NCBI RefSeq assembly: GCF_006345805.1
Contig: NC_043013.1
Location: 56,110,001 to 56,174,000, forward strand
Direction of reading: 5' to 3'
DNA from: Octopus sinensis
Taxonomy: Eukaryota
Length of the DNA stretch: 64,000 nt
Shown in pieces: positions 1-11,472 of this stretch. Position 1 is the stretch's first letter. Each line of letters opens with the position of its first letter. The position numbers and the translations under genes were made by a program. The notes beneath the pieces were generated by a model. The model searched no databases and was not told the origin of the DNA. It worked only from the letters and a program-made list of their open reading frames with translations.

Positions 1-995
1 GTGATCAGAAACCATAATAAACAAGTCACTGACTGTGGAATGCCTCGTTGGCATCAACAGACTTGCAACAACAGTTGCTTTGCTATAGTTGATTCACTAA
101 TTATAAGAAACAGATCATTAGTGGTGGCCTCTTCACAAAAGGCTAATGCTAATTCATAAGCTATGCCCTGGAATTATTTCTACCAAAAGCTCAAAAGCCA
201 ATAAAGAGAAGAAGAGTCCCTCTGTATCTAACAGATATCAATTCAACATTCACACTGAACACAATTCCATGTTTGTCAGGAGTTTCAACATGGTTCCTCA
301 AAATAGCAGCCAAATTGCTTCAAATCACACCTTGTTATCTCTCTAAAAATGGTAAAACATTGAATAATGATGTTTTAGAAGAATTATATCTGGAATAAAA
401 AAGGGGTATTCCTGACTGGAATACCTTGTGTGAGAGATTTCATTGATCAGGGCTGGCCTGGGGTTAAAATATAGTGACAACCATAATAATGATTTTAAAT
501 TTAGGCTCAAATGGGGAGGGGAATCTAGTCAATTCCATCAATCTCAGTGATCAACTGGAATATATTTTATCGACCCTGAAAGGGTTAAAGGCAAACATAG
601 AGTTGAAAAGAATAGTTGTGTACTGGGGTCGATCTAATCAACTGGTCCCTGCCCTAAAATTTTCAGGACTTGTGCCTAGAGAGTAGAAAAGAATATTACC
701 TGCTTGCCGCTTTACTTTTCTATATTGAAATAATTGCTTTTGTGCTTGTAATGGAAAATAACCCTTCGGCAACTGTCATGGAGCTGATTGCCTGGTCAGG
801 TCATTGGGGATTGAACCATCCCTCCTCAGGTTTAACTGGTGAGGAGAATGACTTGATACTCAAAGTACCCAGCTGGATAATAACAGTACCTCTCTAAAGG
901 ACTGATGAATCCCAGATCAACAAAAGATTGGAGACTTAGAAATTCCAAGTCCACGTTTGACAGGCTGTAAGATCATCAGGAGTAAAGTAGCCCTT

Positions 996-1681
996 CATCA
1001 TCATCATCATTGTTCGACCGTGGTCGAGACAATGGAATTTACCTGGCTACGCCAGACTTCACGGTCCATCATAGCATTACAGAGGTCCTGTTGCTGGATG
1101 CCTGTATCCCTGGAGATTATATCAGTGTAGGAGAGTGTGCGCCCTCTGGTATTGCGAGTAGATGGCTTCCAGAGGAGAAGAGTAGAAATTACCTCGTTTT
1201 CAGCTCTACAACAATGTCCAGCAAACTGGACTCTCCTACCTTTCACAAGAGATGACACAGGTGGTAATTTCCCATATATTTGCATTTTGGTTGGATGGCG
1301 CTTCCACGAGAGATTTTGAGCTCTCATAAGGAGGCGAGTGTGTGTAGGTTCCATCCAACCGCCTCTCAAGCTTCTTTGATAACGTCCAGGTTTCTGAGCC
1401 ATATAGTAGAATTGGTTCGACTGTGGCTTTGAATATTTCAAGTTTGAAGTCTCTACTTAGATTTGATGACCAGATCTTATGCATGTCATTACAGGCTGAC
1501 CAGGCCATACCCTTTCTAGTTAGAAAGTCTTTTCCAGATGATGATATGTATGACCCAAGATATTTATAATCAGAAACCATATTTAAAGGTGCACTGTTGA
1601 GAGTGTGGATGATGCAATCACTGTTGGACAGGCACTTGTTTATGTATTCAGTTTTGGTCTCATTAAGGTAAAGACCTACAC
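996..1681 (-). mobile_element. 5'-truncated RTE-clade LINE (ORF2 C-terminal part, frameshifted) with (GAT)n tail
   Basis: ORFs 1236-1787 and 1007-1441 give YKYLGSYI...ILLYGSETWTLSKKLERRLDGTYT then RLLMRAQNLSW...QFAGHC...DREVWR, a typical post-RT LINE region. (CAT)n tail at 996-1009. 11-bp TSD AAGTAGCCCTT at 985-995 and 1682-1692. Confidence 0.9.
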
Positions 1682-1829
1682 AAGTAGCCCTTAGTTTTTG
1701 CCACAGAGTGATTTTATGGGTCATTATGTTGGATTGTTTGTGTGTAGCCTTGTGTTGATATCGATAAGATATGAGTATCATAATCAATCATATTATATTT
1801 GTTTCCAGCCTGCCATATATATATATATA

Positions 1830-2600
1830 TATGAGAAGACCTGGTAAGACTAGTGAAGCCATAACCCGTGGCCCCTACCTGGGACGTAGTCGTCCACCTG
1901 TGCATATCTTCCTTCTTGTGACACTTGTGAAGACCTGTTGAGGCAGTGAAAATCAAATCAAACAAATCAAATCAAACCAAATCAAAAAGATGAACATCAA
2001 TGGAATTTGTATCCTGTGGTACCAGTGCCGGTGGCACATAAAGAAAACATCCGAACGTGGCCGTAGCCAGTACCGCATCGACTGGCCTCCGTGCTGTGGG
2101 CACGTAACAAACCACATCCGATCGTGGCCGTTCGCCAGCCTCGTCTGGCACCTGTGTCGTTGGCACATATAAAAAACACCATCCGAGCGTGTCCGTCTGC
2201 CAGCCTCGTCTGGCACATATGTCGTTGGTGGCACATAAAAAAACACCATCCGAGCGGGGCCGTCTGCCAGCCTCGTCTGGCACCTGTTGTGGGTTGGCAC
2301 AAAAAACACCATCTGAGGTGGCCGTCCGGCCAGGCTCGTCCGACACCTGGTGTCGGGGCTCATAAAAAACACCATCCGAGCGTGGTCATCTGCCAGCCTT
2401 GTCTGGCACCTGTGTCGGTGGCACATAAAATCACCCACTACACTCTCGGAGTGGGGTGGGTGTTAGGAAGGGCATCCAGCTGTAGAAACACTGCCAGATC
2501 TGACTGGCCTGGTGCAGCCTTCGGGCTTGCCAGACCCCCAGTTGAACCGTCAACCCATGCTAGCATGGAAAGCGGACGTTAAACGATGATGATGATGGAT
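1830..2600 (+). mobile_element. RTE LINE 3' end (last codons plus long 3' UTR with ~57-bp tandem array, (GAT)n tail)
   Basis: Begins with GAGAAGACC..., matching the EKTRQDK* ORF end seen in the copy at 59818-59922. About 8 units of AAAAACACCATCCGAGCGTGGCCGTCTGCCAGCCTCGTCTGGCACCTGTGTCGGTGGCACAT follow. Ends CATGGAAAGCGGACGTTAAACGATGATGATG. Confidence 0.8.
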
Positions 2601-3342
2601 GATGAGGATTATATATACATATTAGAAGAAATGAGGTTGGGTAGGAATCAGAAGTATCGATGGTTCCTATTTATAGATATTTATTTATATATTACATTTT
2701 TACATATATATGATCATATAATTCAGCTCATATCTTTTCAGATTATTACCGCTTTTACTCCCTTCTAGTGGGGTTTGTTCAAATCAAATTATTCCTTTGT
2801 GGGGAATTTGATCATTTCATAGAGTTTCGAAAAACACCATCTGAGCGTGGCCGTCGGCCAGCCTCGTCCGACACCTGTGTCGGTGGCTCATAAAAAACAC
2901 CATCCGAGCGTGGTCATCTGCCAGCCTTGTCTGGCACCTGTGTCGGTGGCACATAAAATCACCCACTACACTCTCGGAGTGGTTGGTGTTAGGAAGGGCA
3001 TCCAGCTGTAGAAACACTGCCAGATCTGACTGGCCTGGTGCAGCCTTCGGGCTTGCCAGACCCCAGTTGAACCGTCCAACCCATGCTAGCATGGAAAGCG
3101 GACGTTAAACGATGATGATGATGATGATGATGATATATATATATATTAGAAGAAATGAGGTAATCAGAAGATCGGATGGTTCATATTTATAGATATTTAT
3201 TTATATATTACATTTTTTACATATATATATCATATAATTCAGATCATATCATTCAGATTATTACCGCTTTCTCCCATTCTAGTGGGGTTTTCAAATCAAA
3301 TTAATTCCTTTGTGGGGAATTTGATCATTTCATAGAGTTTCG
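2302..3342 (+). repeat. Direct tandem duplication (~528 bp + ~513 bp) of the RTE tail plus flank
   Basis: 2302-2829 is repeated at 2830-3342; both copies end TTTGATCATTTCATAGAGTTTCG. Many of the differences are 1-bp indels. Confidence 0.9.
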
Positions 3343-3392
3343 TAGTAGTGGGGAGGAACAAGACAGTATAGATAGGTAGATAGATACATATA

Positions 3393-3592
3393 TATTAGAA
3401 GAAATAAGGTTCTCAGAAACCTGGATGGTTGTACATTTACAGATTTTTATTAATATGTCACATGTTTTTATAAATCATATATTAGCACTTGCATCTACTC
3501 TAGTAGACTCTCCAGATTCAAATTTGTAAGGTACTCAGAAATCTGTAAATATAAAACCATCCAGATTTCTGAGTACCTTATTTCTTCTAATA
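3393..3592. mobile_element. MITE with ~55-bp terminal inverted repeats, in TA context
   Basis: TATTAGAAGAAATAAGGTTCTCAGAAACCTGGATGGTT... versus ...AACCATCCAGATTTCTGAGTACCTTATTTCTTCTAATA. Related single-ended pieces at about 2619 and 3144. Confidence 0.7.
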
Positions 3593-4176
3593 TATAATAC
3601 CTGTACATCACCTCCAAACCTTCTAATATATATATATATATATATCCGTAATAATGAAGGGTGAAATTAATTAATTTGGAAAAATTATCAATTACACCAA
3701 GTAGTCTTCGGCATGTAAAAGCCTCATTCGAGGAAAATTTAAGTAATACTAAGCAATAAGGGTTTAGCAACGAGTTGCCTTACCACATACCGAATTTAGA
3801 AATAGCAGTCAAAGGGTTATAGCTATTTCTTCTACTAAAAAGGGAGATCTCAGTAAAAACAGCATTTGGAAGGCAGACACAAACAGGTAAGAGAGAATGA
3901 ATTGACTGCAATCTATCATACATTTTTTTAGTTATCCACGGACGTACGTTTCGAAATCTACTTGGTGTAATTGATAATTTTTCCAAATTAATTAATTTCA
4001 CTTCCTTATTACGGATAACCATATTTTATCTCAGTAGATGACCACAGCATCTTGTTTTGGCTACACGCGGGTGGGAAGGGGCTGTTGACACAATCGTTTC
4101 ATTCAGAAATTGAATTCGGTGATACCAGTTGCGGATTCTTCTCCAATTCATATATAATCATTTATGATTATAGTAT

Positions 4177-4292
4177 TCTACGCTGAAGAGAAAAGAAGTT
4201 TCGGTAAGAAGAATTATTTATTATTTAATATTAAATATTTAGTTCTTATGCCTTCCCTAATAAAACTTGATTTCGAAACGTACGTTCGTGGA
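4177..4292 (+). ncRNA. Type I hammerhead ribozyme, copy 1 (GUU cleavage triplet)
   Basis: Stem I TCTACG(4177-4182)/CGTGGA(4287-4292). Core CTGAAGA 4183-4189. Stem II closed by G4190-C4274 (GAAAAGAAG/CTTGATTTC) with a long AT-rich hairpin insert. GAAA 4275-4278. Palindromic stem III ACGTACGT. Predicted cut after T4286. Confidence 0.75.
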
Positions 4293-4786
4293 TAACTAAA
4301 AAAATTGTATGAGAGATGCGTTGCAGTCAATTCATTCTCTCTTACCTGTTGTGTCTGCCTTCCAAATGCTGTTTTTTACTGAGATCTCCCTTTTTAGTAG
4401 AAGAAATAGCTATAACCCTTTGACTGCTATTTCTAAATTCGGTATGTGGTAAGGCAACTCGTTGCTAAACCCTTATTGCTTAGTATTACTTAAATTTTCC
4501 TCGAATGAGGCTGTTAATGCCGAAGACTACTTGGTGTAATTGATAATTTTTCCAAATTAATTAATTTCACCTTCATTATTACGGATAACCATATTTTATC
4601 TCAGTAGATGACCACAGCATCTTGTTTGGCTACACGCGGGTGGGAAGGGCTGTTGACACAATCGTTTCATTCACAAATTGAATTCGGTGATACCAGTTGC
4701 GGATTCTAGCTCGCTCTGATACTGAGTTGAGTTGGTGCCTTCTGGTATCTCAAAATTCAATATATAATCATTTATGATTATAGTAT

Positions 4787-4901
4787 TCTACGCTGAAGAG
4801 AAAAGAAGTTTCGGTAAGATAGAATTATTTATTATTTAATATTTAATATTTAGTTCTTATGCTTTCCTAAAAAACTTGATTTCGAAACGTACGTCCGTGG
4901 A
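4787..4901 (+). ncRNA. Type I hammerhead ribozyme, copy 2 (canonical GUC triplet)
   Basis: TCTACG 4787-4792 / CGTGGA 4896-4901. CTGAAGA 4793-4799. G4800-C4883 pair. GAAA 4884-4887. ACGTACGT 4887-4894. Predicted cleavage after C4895. All conserved core nucleotides are present. Confidence 0.85.
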
Positions 4902-5086
4902 TAACTAAAAAAATGTATGATAGATTGCAGTCAATTCATTCTCTCTTACCTGTTTGTGTCTGCCTTCCAAATGCGTTTTTTACTGAGATCTCCCTTTTTA
5001 GTAGAAGAAATAGCTATAACCCTTTGACTGCTATTTCTAAATTCGGTATGTGGTAAGGCAACTCGTTGCTAAACCCTTATTGCTTA

Positions 5087-5090
<4 letters not shown>

Positions 5091-5126
<36 letters not shown>

Positions 5127-5151
5127 ATGTATATGTATATATACATATATG

Positions 5152-5221
<70 letters not shown>
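5091..5221. repeat. (TA)n microsatellite
   Basis: Long, nearly pure TA run; source of the YIYI ORFs. Confidence 0.95.
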
Positions 5222-5228
<7 letters not shown>

Positions 5229-5450
5229 CGGTGGCACGTAAAAAAGCACCAGCCATTCATGGCCGTTTGTGCGGGTGGCACGTAAAAAAAGCACCCACTA
5301 CACTCACGGAGTGGTTGGCATTAGGAAGGGCATCCAGCCGTAGAAACACTGCCAGATCTGACTGGGCCTGATGAAGCCTTCTGGCTTCACAGACCCCAGT
5401 TGAACCGTCCAACCCATGCTAGCATGGAAAACGGATGCTAAATGATGATG

Positions 5451-5452
<2 letters not shown>
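5222..5452 (+). mobile_element. Short RTE LINE 3' UTR fragment
   Basis: GTGCCGGTGGCACGTAAAAAAGCACC...TTAGGAAGGGCATCCAGC...CATGCTAGCATGGAAAACGGATGCTAAATGATGATG. Confidence 0.8.
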
Positions 5453-5500
<48 letters not shown>

Positions 5501-6225
5501 GGTAAGACAACAAAAAAGGATGAAAGGGACCTCAATATTATGTAAACAGAGGAATTTATCTGTAAATCTAATATGTGACAATTATTTGGTAGGGAGTAAA
5601 AATGTTCATAGCAATCATGTAAGTGCACATGTCCATCCATACACATGCGCGCCTGCACACCCACGTACATGCACCTATATATATATATTCATCCATCCTC
5701 ACTTGAAACACACACATATGCTCATCCATACATTCGCCAAACAAAATATATACATACCCGCATACATGCTTGCACACACACACACGCACACATGCACAAA
5801 AAAGGTTCATACATATGTCTATATATGCACATGCACAAGAAAAAACAAGGCTAAAGGCAAAATACTGGAAATGTGTAAAAAAAAGTGTAAAAAATAAGGG
5901 TAGATGAGTATATACATATAGGCACATGTACATGGGTGTGTGGGTGTACATGTGTATGCATGGACATGCACACTTTCACGATTGCTATGAGCATTTTTAC
6001 TCCCTTACTTTTACTCCCTCCCTTTACTTGGCGCTCATTCAAATAGCTCTTTTGTCTTAATAATGGTCAATGACACAGTAATTTCCCTTTGTTTAACAGT
6101 CATTTTCATAGCCTTTTTTTGATGGCTCAATAACTGAAGAGATACCAGTGTGGATTTCCACCCCGACATCCAAAACTCGGAGTTTTATCATGGCTACCGA
6201 ATAACTGTCACATATTATATTTATA

Positions 6226-6594
6226 TCTCTCTATATATAAATGGCAAAATGTCTGTCTGTGTGTCTGTCCTTTATACAAATCCACAATTTTTCAGTTAGG
6301 GGGCTCATACTTTCTATGGTCATTCAAAACCGTCCAAGGGTCATCGTGCACATCTTTACATTTCCCCAGTCACCCTGCAAAGCCATTACAAAATCAATAG
6401 AAGTGACTTTTTTGTGAATTTTCTATCCAAAACCCAATCAAAATGCCCGAAACGTGATACGCCAATTGAATGCCAGCTAGCTGTATGTGATTGGTCGGAG
6501 ATTTGGACAGTAATCGTGTGTATGTGCACACGCTCACAGCTGTATATGCATGCACTAGCACTATGACCCGGCGCTGCCAGGTCATAGTGCTAGT
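6226..6594 (+). mobile_element. Non-autonomous Helitron-like element
   Basis: 5' TCTCTCTATATATAAATGGC. 3' perfect 15-bp inverted repeat ACTAGCACTATGACC/GGTCATAGTGCTAGT (6554-6594) ending in CTAG-T. A 5' TC and a 3' hairpin plus CTRR are Helitron hallmarks. Confidence 0.65.
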
Positions 6595-6643
6595 ATATAT
6601 ATATATATACATGCATGTATATATACATACACACACACACACT

Positions 6644-6705
<62 letters not shown>

Positions 6706-7020
6706 TAAACACATATATATGCTTTTTTAAAGTATATTAAAGCTGCAAAATCAGCAGAAATAATCAGATACTCAAAGATTTATGTTCTTGTTCATCAAGC
6801 ATTTGTGCTACAGAATTCTGTATCACAACGGAAGCATTATACTCTGAGTAGCAGTTTTTGTAAATTTTTTGCATCTTTAAAAAAAAAAAAGCATATTACT
6901 CTACCACTGATGTTTGAGTAAGATTTTTTCTGCCTTGTTTTGCATTTATGTGCTTACTTGTTTGTGTATACACACACACATATATATATTTTTATATATA
7001 TATAAAATAAAGAAACCTGT

Positions 7021-7059
<39 letters not shown>

Positions 7060-7507
7060 ATATGAATGTGGGGGTATATGTTTGTGTGTATGTGTCTGTT
7101 TGGCCCCCACCATTGCTTGACAGCCAATACTGGTGTGTCTACCTCCCTGTAACTTAGCAGTTCAGCAAAATAGACCGACAGAATATATCTTGGGGTCAAT
7201 TTTCATGACTAAAAGTGGTGCTCCAACATGGCTGCTGTCAAATGACAGAAACAAAATGACAGAAACAAATAAAAGAATAAAAGAAGATATGTGATAAAAT
7301 AAGTGGCAAGAAAACGAGAGATTATGTAATGAGCTTCCGTAGCTTACTGTTGTTTCTGTTATAAGATGTGATGCACACACAGTTGAGTGCTTGTGTATTA
7401 ACTTATAGCTTTGTCAGAGCTTCAGATATATATATATACACACACGCATGCATGCACACACATATACAGATATATATATATATGCATATGTATATACATA
7501 TATGTAT

Positions 7508-7780
7508 AGGAGTAGCTGTGTGGTAAGTAGCTTGCGTATGAACCTCATGGTTCCGAGTTCAGTCCCATTGAGTGACACCTTGGGCAAGTGTCTTCTACTA
7601 TAGCCTCGGGCCAACCAAAGCATTGCAAGTGGATTTGGTAGATGGAAACTGAAAGAACCCCATCGTATATATGTATGTGTGTGTGTGTTTATATTTGTGT
7701 GTCTGTGTTTGTCTACCCAACATCACTTGACAACCAATGCTGGTGTGTTTACGGCCCCATAACTTAGCAGTTCGGCTATG
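7508..7780 (+). mobile_element. tRNA-derived SINE
   Basis: Box A-like TAGCTGTGTGG, box B-like GTTCAGTCCC, then GACACCTTGGGCAAGTG body and an internal (TG) tract. Same family as 55037. Confidence 0.7.
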
Positions 7781-8900
7781 TATGTATGTATATATATATA
7801 TATATCTTTATTCCTGCGCACACACATACACACATATACATGAAGGGCTTCTTTTAGTTTCCCCCTTTCCTAATCCATCCACAAGACTTTGTTTAGATGA
7901 CACACTTGCGTACTCGCGAAAGAGTGAGGTGTGTATGTCATCATCTTAAAACCACTGCATTGTGAAGCGAACCTGTTAACCATACATCCATGTCAGCACA
8001 TAATACAGCCATTAAAACAATTAAGATTGAAGCATCCAGTGCTGTTTATATTTGGCTGAACGTCAAATACGGCATAGAAAAATCCGTTTTATTTGTGTTG
8101 GCATGGAAAATAATGAATCCGGTCGTTGACTTTACATTAGTCTTTAACACTACACAAACCATATTCATTCATCTTTGGCCAAATAAATGAAAGAGATTTT
8201 CCTATTTTCATAAGATCTTAATATATTTCCTCTTGCATGTCATCTGTAACACATTCGCTCTGATCACATATTGTACAACAATAGATTTGCAAGGAATCGT
8301 AGCAATTCTAATATTTGTGCAAACATTTCCAATTGCTATTTTCCTGTTCAATACTTATCTCTAATACTAGTTCGCAATGATTCATGAAAATCAATTCAGG
8401 CGAATTACATTTTTACTCAGCGTTCTAAGTGCTTTGCATTAAGTGTATGTGCCGTGTCTGCGTGTGCGTGTGAGTTCGTGTGTGTGTGTGTGTGAATTCT
8501 TTCAGACTGATTTGTGATTCCAAACTGTCAATATCGGATTTCCTGCTATAATCTGGTGCAGTCACTGCATCAGACTGTGATGCATTCACACGTTAGACTG
8601 TTCCAGAGTAAAAACAACAACAACAACAACAACAACAGCAACAAAATATATGAAGTGATGTGGAAAACTGTGAATAATGGTAGCGCTATTAATAAGACTT
8701 AATGATCCTCTTTTCCGATTCCTAACAAACATATGCTACACACTTGGAGATATATATATATATATATATACACATATATGTATACATATATATATGTATG
8801 TATGTATGCATATACATATATATATATATATGTGTGTGCATGTGTGTATATGTATATATATGCATATGTACCTGTATGTGAATATATATGTATACATATC

Positions 8901-8950
<50 letters not shown>

Positions 8951-10773
8951 TCTGTGTGTGTGTATACATGTAATGCAAGAGGACACAGCTTACAATAACT
9001 CCACAAATAAAATGACAAAAACAAACACACTTTCCAATGCATAAATAAATACCGATACTTTATGTAGATTTAAATTTTATTTCAATCTATGCAATTACAC
9101 GACTTGTATGGTGCCAACATTTACATGATTGTATAAATGTGTGTGTGCACGCACATGCATGTATGTATGTGTATGTATATATATATATATAATTTTACAG
9201 ACAGCATAATATTGCACATGCAGTGTCAACTCAATGGAAGTAATTAACCAGGAAATTATTCCCAATCTGATATAAAAGCTACAAATTACTAATTTTTAAT
9301 GTTTTTTTTTTATTGATTTTGTTTTTCACCTTCCCTTGTCTGTCAAACTTTATAACCTGCATGTTAAAAGTACTAAAATATGATTAATGACTTGGAGTAA
9401 TTTCCCCAGCAATGATACAATACATTGGCATTGTAGTGGAGGGTCTGAATAGATCCTTATCAAAAGACAATATAACGTACTTTTTTAGCTTGCTAGAAAC
9501 TGTTGAACAATGTATATTAATGAGGTTCTACTTAATAAGTAACAATTAAAAATTCTTGGTATTTTTTTTTTTCAAAATTATTTCTCCACTCTGAAGTTTT
9601 AGTTTCACTAAACCATGGCCATCACCTGGAATGGAAGATGAATTGGTAATATTGACCCTGCTTGTGATAATTGTTATAGGTAGTTTATGTGGGGTTAGGA
9701 ATGGACAGAAACGCCTTCAAGGTCCTCACACCTTGACCAAGCAGAACAACCAAGAGCTGTGCAGGTGGTGGGGGAAAGTGGAGACAGAGGTCAGTACCGA
9801 ACCTCAGTTTGTACAAACTATAGTTTAGTAAACTGGGGCAACGTGAAATGAATTTGTTTCCTCAAAGTCATAATACACTTCCTGGCCCAGGAATTGAACT
9901 CATGACCTTATCCCTCACTATAAGTCCAACCCTCTACACACTTGGCCATGGGCCTTCGCTTACTAACTGTATTTAATAGTTAACAAAGATTTCTGAGATA
10001 GACACAAGGATCTACATTTTTAAGGATGGAATCAGTGAAATGAAGTTACATAACTCCTGGTGTGGTTGCCTAGCAACTGAGTTTCCAACCATGAAATGGA
10101 AGTAGTTGATGGTCGCTGATGATGATGATGATGATGATGATTCTAATAATGAATTAGAAAAGAGTTTTATGCCTCATGTGGGAATTACAAGTGTTTTTCC
10201 TTTACTGATAGCAGAAAGGATAAAAGCCAAAAATGACCTTGGGAGGATTCAAATAAAGGATATTTTGATGTGTCATTTGGGAATTACCATTCTTTGTCTT
10301 GTATTAACTCTGGAAGGATGAAAGGATTTTACTGCTGTGCATTAAAGGAACATAGCTAAATACTACAGGACATATTTGTCTGCCACTCAATGAATTCTGT
10401 CGTTTACCATTCTCAAAGACATAGCTAAATCAATTATAAGGACAACAAACTTATCAGTTTGCAGCTGAGGGCTTCTGGCTAAAGCATCGGAATGTCCAGC
10501 AGGGCTGCTAAGGGGGCCACAAATTAAATCTGGTCACTCAAAGACAAAAAACGGTCATTCTGATAGGATTCCATTTGTTTTCAATTGCCAAATTCCATTC
10601 ACATGTCTTTGATTGACCTGAGACAATAGTTGAAGACATACCTACAAGAGGCTCAATATCATTCTGTAATTAATAATTTTAATTTCATAACAATTAATTA
10701 TGGTTTAGTCATACTGAGAAAGTCTTAGAAGGAACTGAGGGTTTTGTTACATCTGAAAACAACAAAGGATTCC

Positions 10774-10818
<45 letters not shown>

Positions 10819-11104
10819 CTTTTACAGTTTGCAGCAAATCACAAATCTATGAAATGTGATGCTGCACAGTAATAAGGCAGAAAAAAATGCAGACAATCTG
10901 CAGAAGAATTATTCAGTGGTGGCCATGGCCCGTTTAACAGTGCCTTCTCTAAAAGACAGAACATTTGTGATTTTGTGCTGGACATTAAAACTATTGTTCA
11001 ATGTGTGTTGGAGAAATGACAAAAATTGGCGTGGAACTGATGCAAATGGATGGGTGAAAATATGTCCCATGTGGACAGCAGATGCAATTGTTGTTGCTGT
11101 TTGT

Positions 11105-11472
11105 TTGTTGAGCGAAGCAGTCTTCATCCCAGTAGTGGGAGAAGTCCGAAACGTGGTCCTTTGCTATTTGTAAGACCCACAGAGGAGAGAAAGCAGGTCA
11201 ACCCCCGACACCGAGAGCATTGACGGATGGATGAATGTGCATCCAGGCTCAGCAGTTGCATAGGAAGTCGGGGACGAGAAACAGGAAGAAAGAGTGAGAG
11301 AAAGTTGGGGCGAAAGAGTACAACAGGGGAGGCCACCATCCCCTGCCAGAGCCTCGTGGAGCTTTAGGTGTTTTCACTCAATAAACACACACAACGCCTG
11401 GTCTGGGAATCGAAACCGCGATCCTCCGACCACGAGTCTGCTGCCCTAACCACTGGGCCATTGCGCCTCCAC
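11105..11472 (-). mobile_element. tRNA-derived SINE
   Basis: The minus strand reads GGCGCAATGGCCCAGTGGTTAGGGCAGCAGACTC...GGTTTCGATTCCCAGACC (box A and box B), followed by a non-tRNA body. Confidence 0.75.

Larger units (their letters stand above)
3645..5090 (+). mobile_element. Hammerhead-containing tandem repeat (retrozyme / Penelope pseudo-LTR array) with inverted partial copy
   Basis: Unit 1 is 3959-4527 and unit 2 is 4528-5090 (40 bp extra internally, 3'-truncated). 3645-3958 is the reverse complement of about 4269-4585, crossing the unit junction. Both ends abut (TA)n. Confidence 0.85.

Noticed and set aside
895-995. Opposed CTGATGA motifs (HHR or C/D snoRNA?)
   Set aside because: No correctly placed GAAA-stem III-NUH with a pairing stem I on either strand, and no terminal box D.
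1990-2430. 57-bp repeats as a CRISPR array or HDV-like ribozymes (CCAG-CCTCGT-CTGG resembles HDV L3)
   Set aside because: There are no unique spacers and no cas genes, and the context is a eukaryotic LINE 3' UTR. I could not build the HDV nested pseudoknot (no P1.1 GG or P3/P1 order).
4813-4852. GTAAGA...TTTAG mini-intron inside HHR stem II
   Set aside because: Only about 40 nt with no clear branch point or polypyrimidine tract; not supportable without RNA data, although PLE pLTRs can contain introns.
11398-11472. tRNA gene (also 28412-28486, 55037-55100)
   Set aside because: Box A and box B are present but there is no complete cloverleaf or acceptor stem, and each continues into a repeat body; these are SINE heads.
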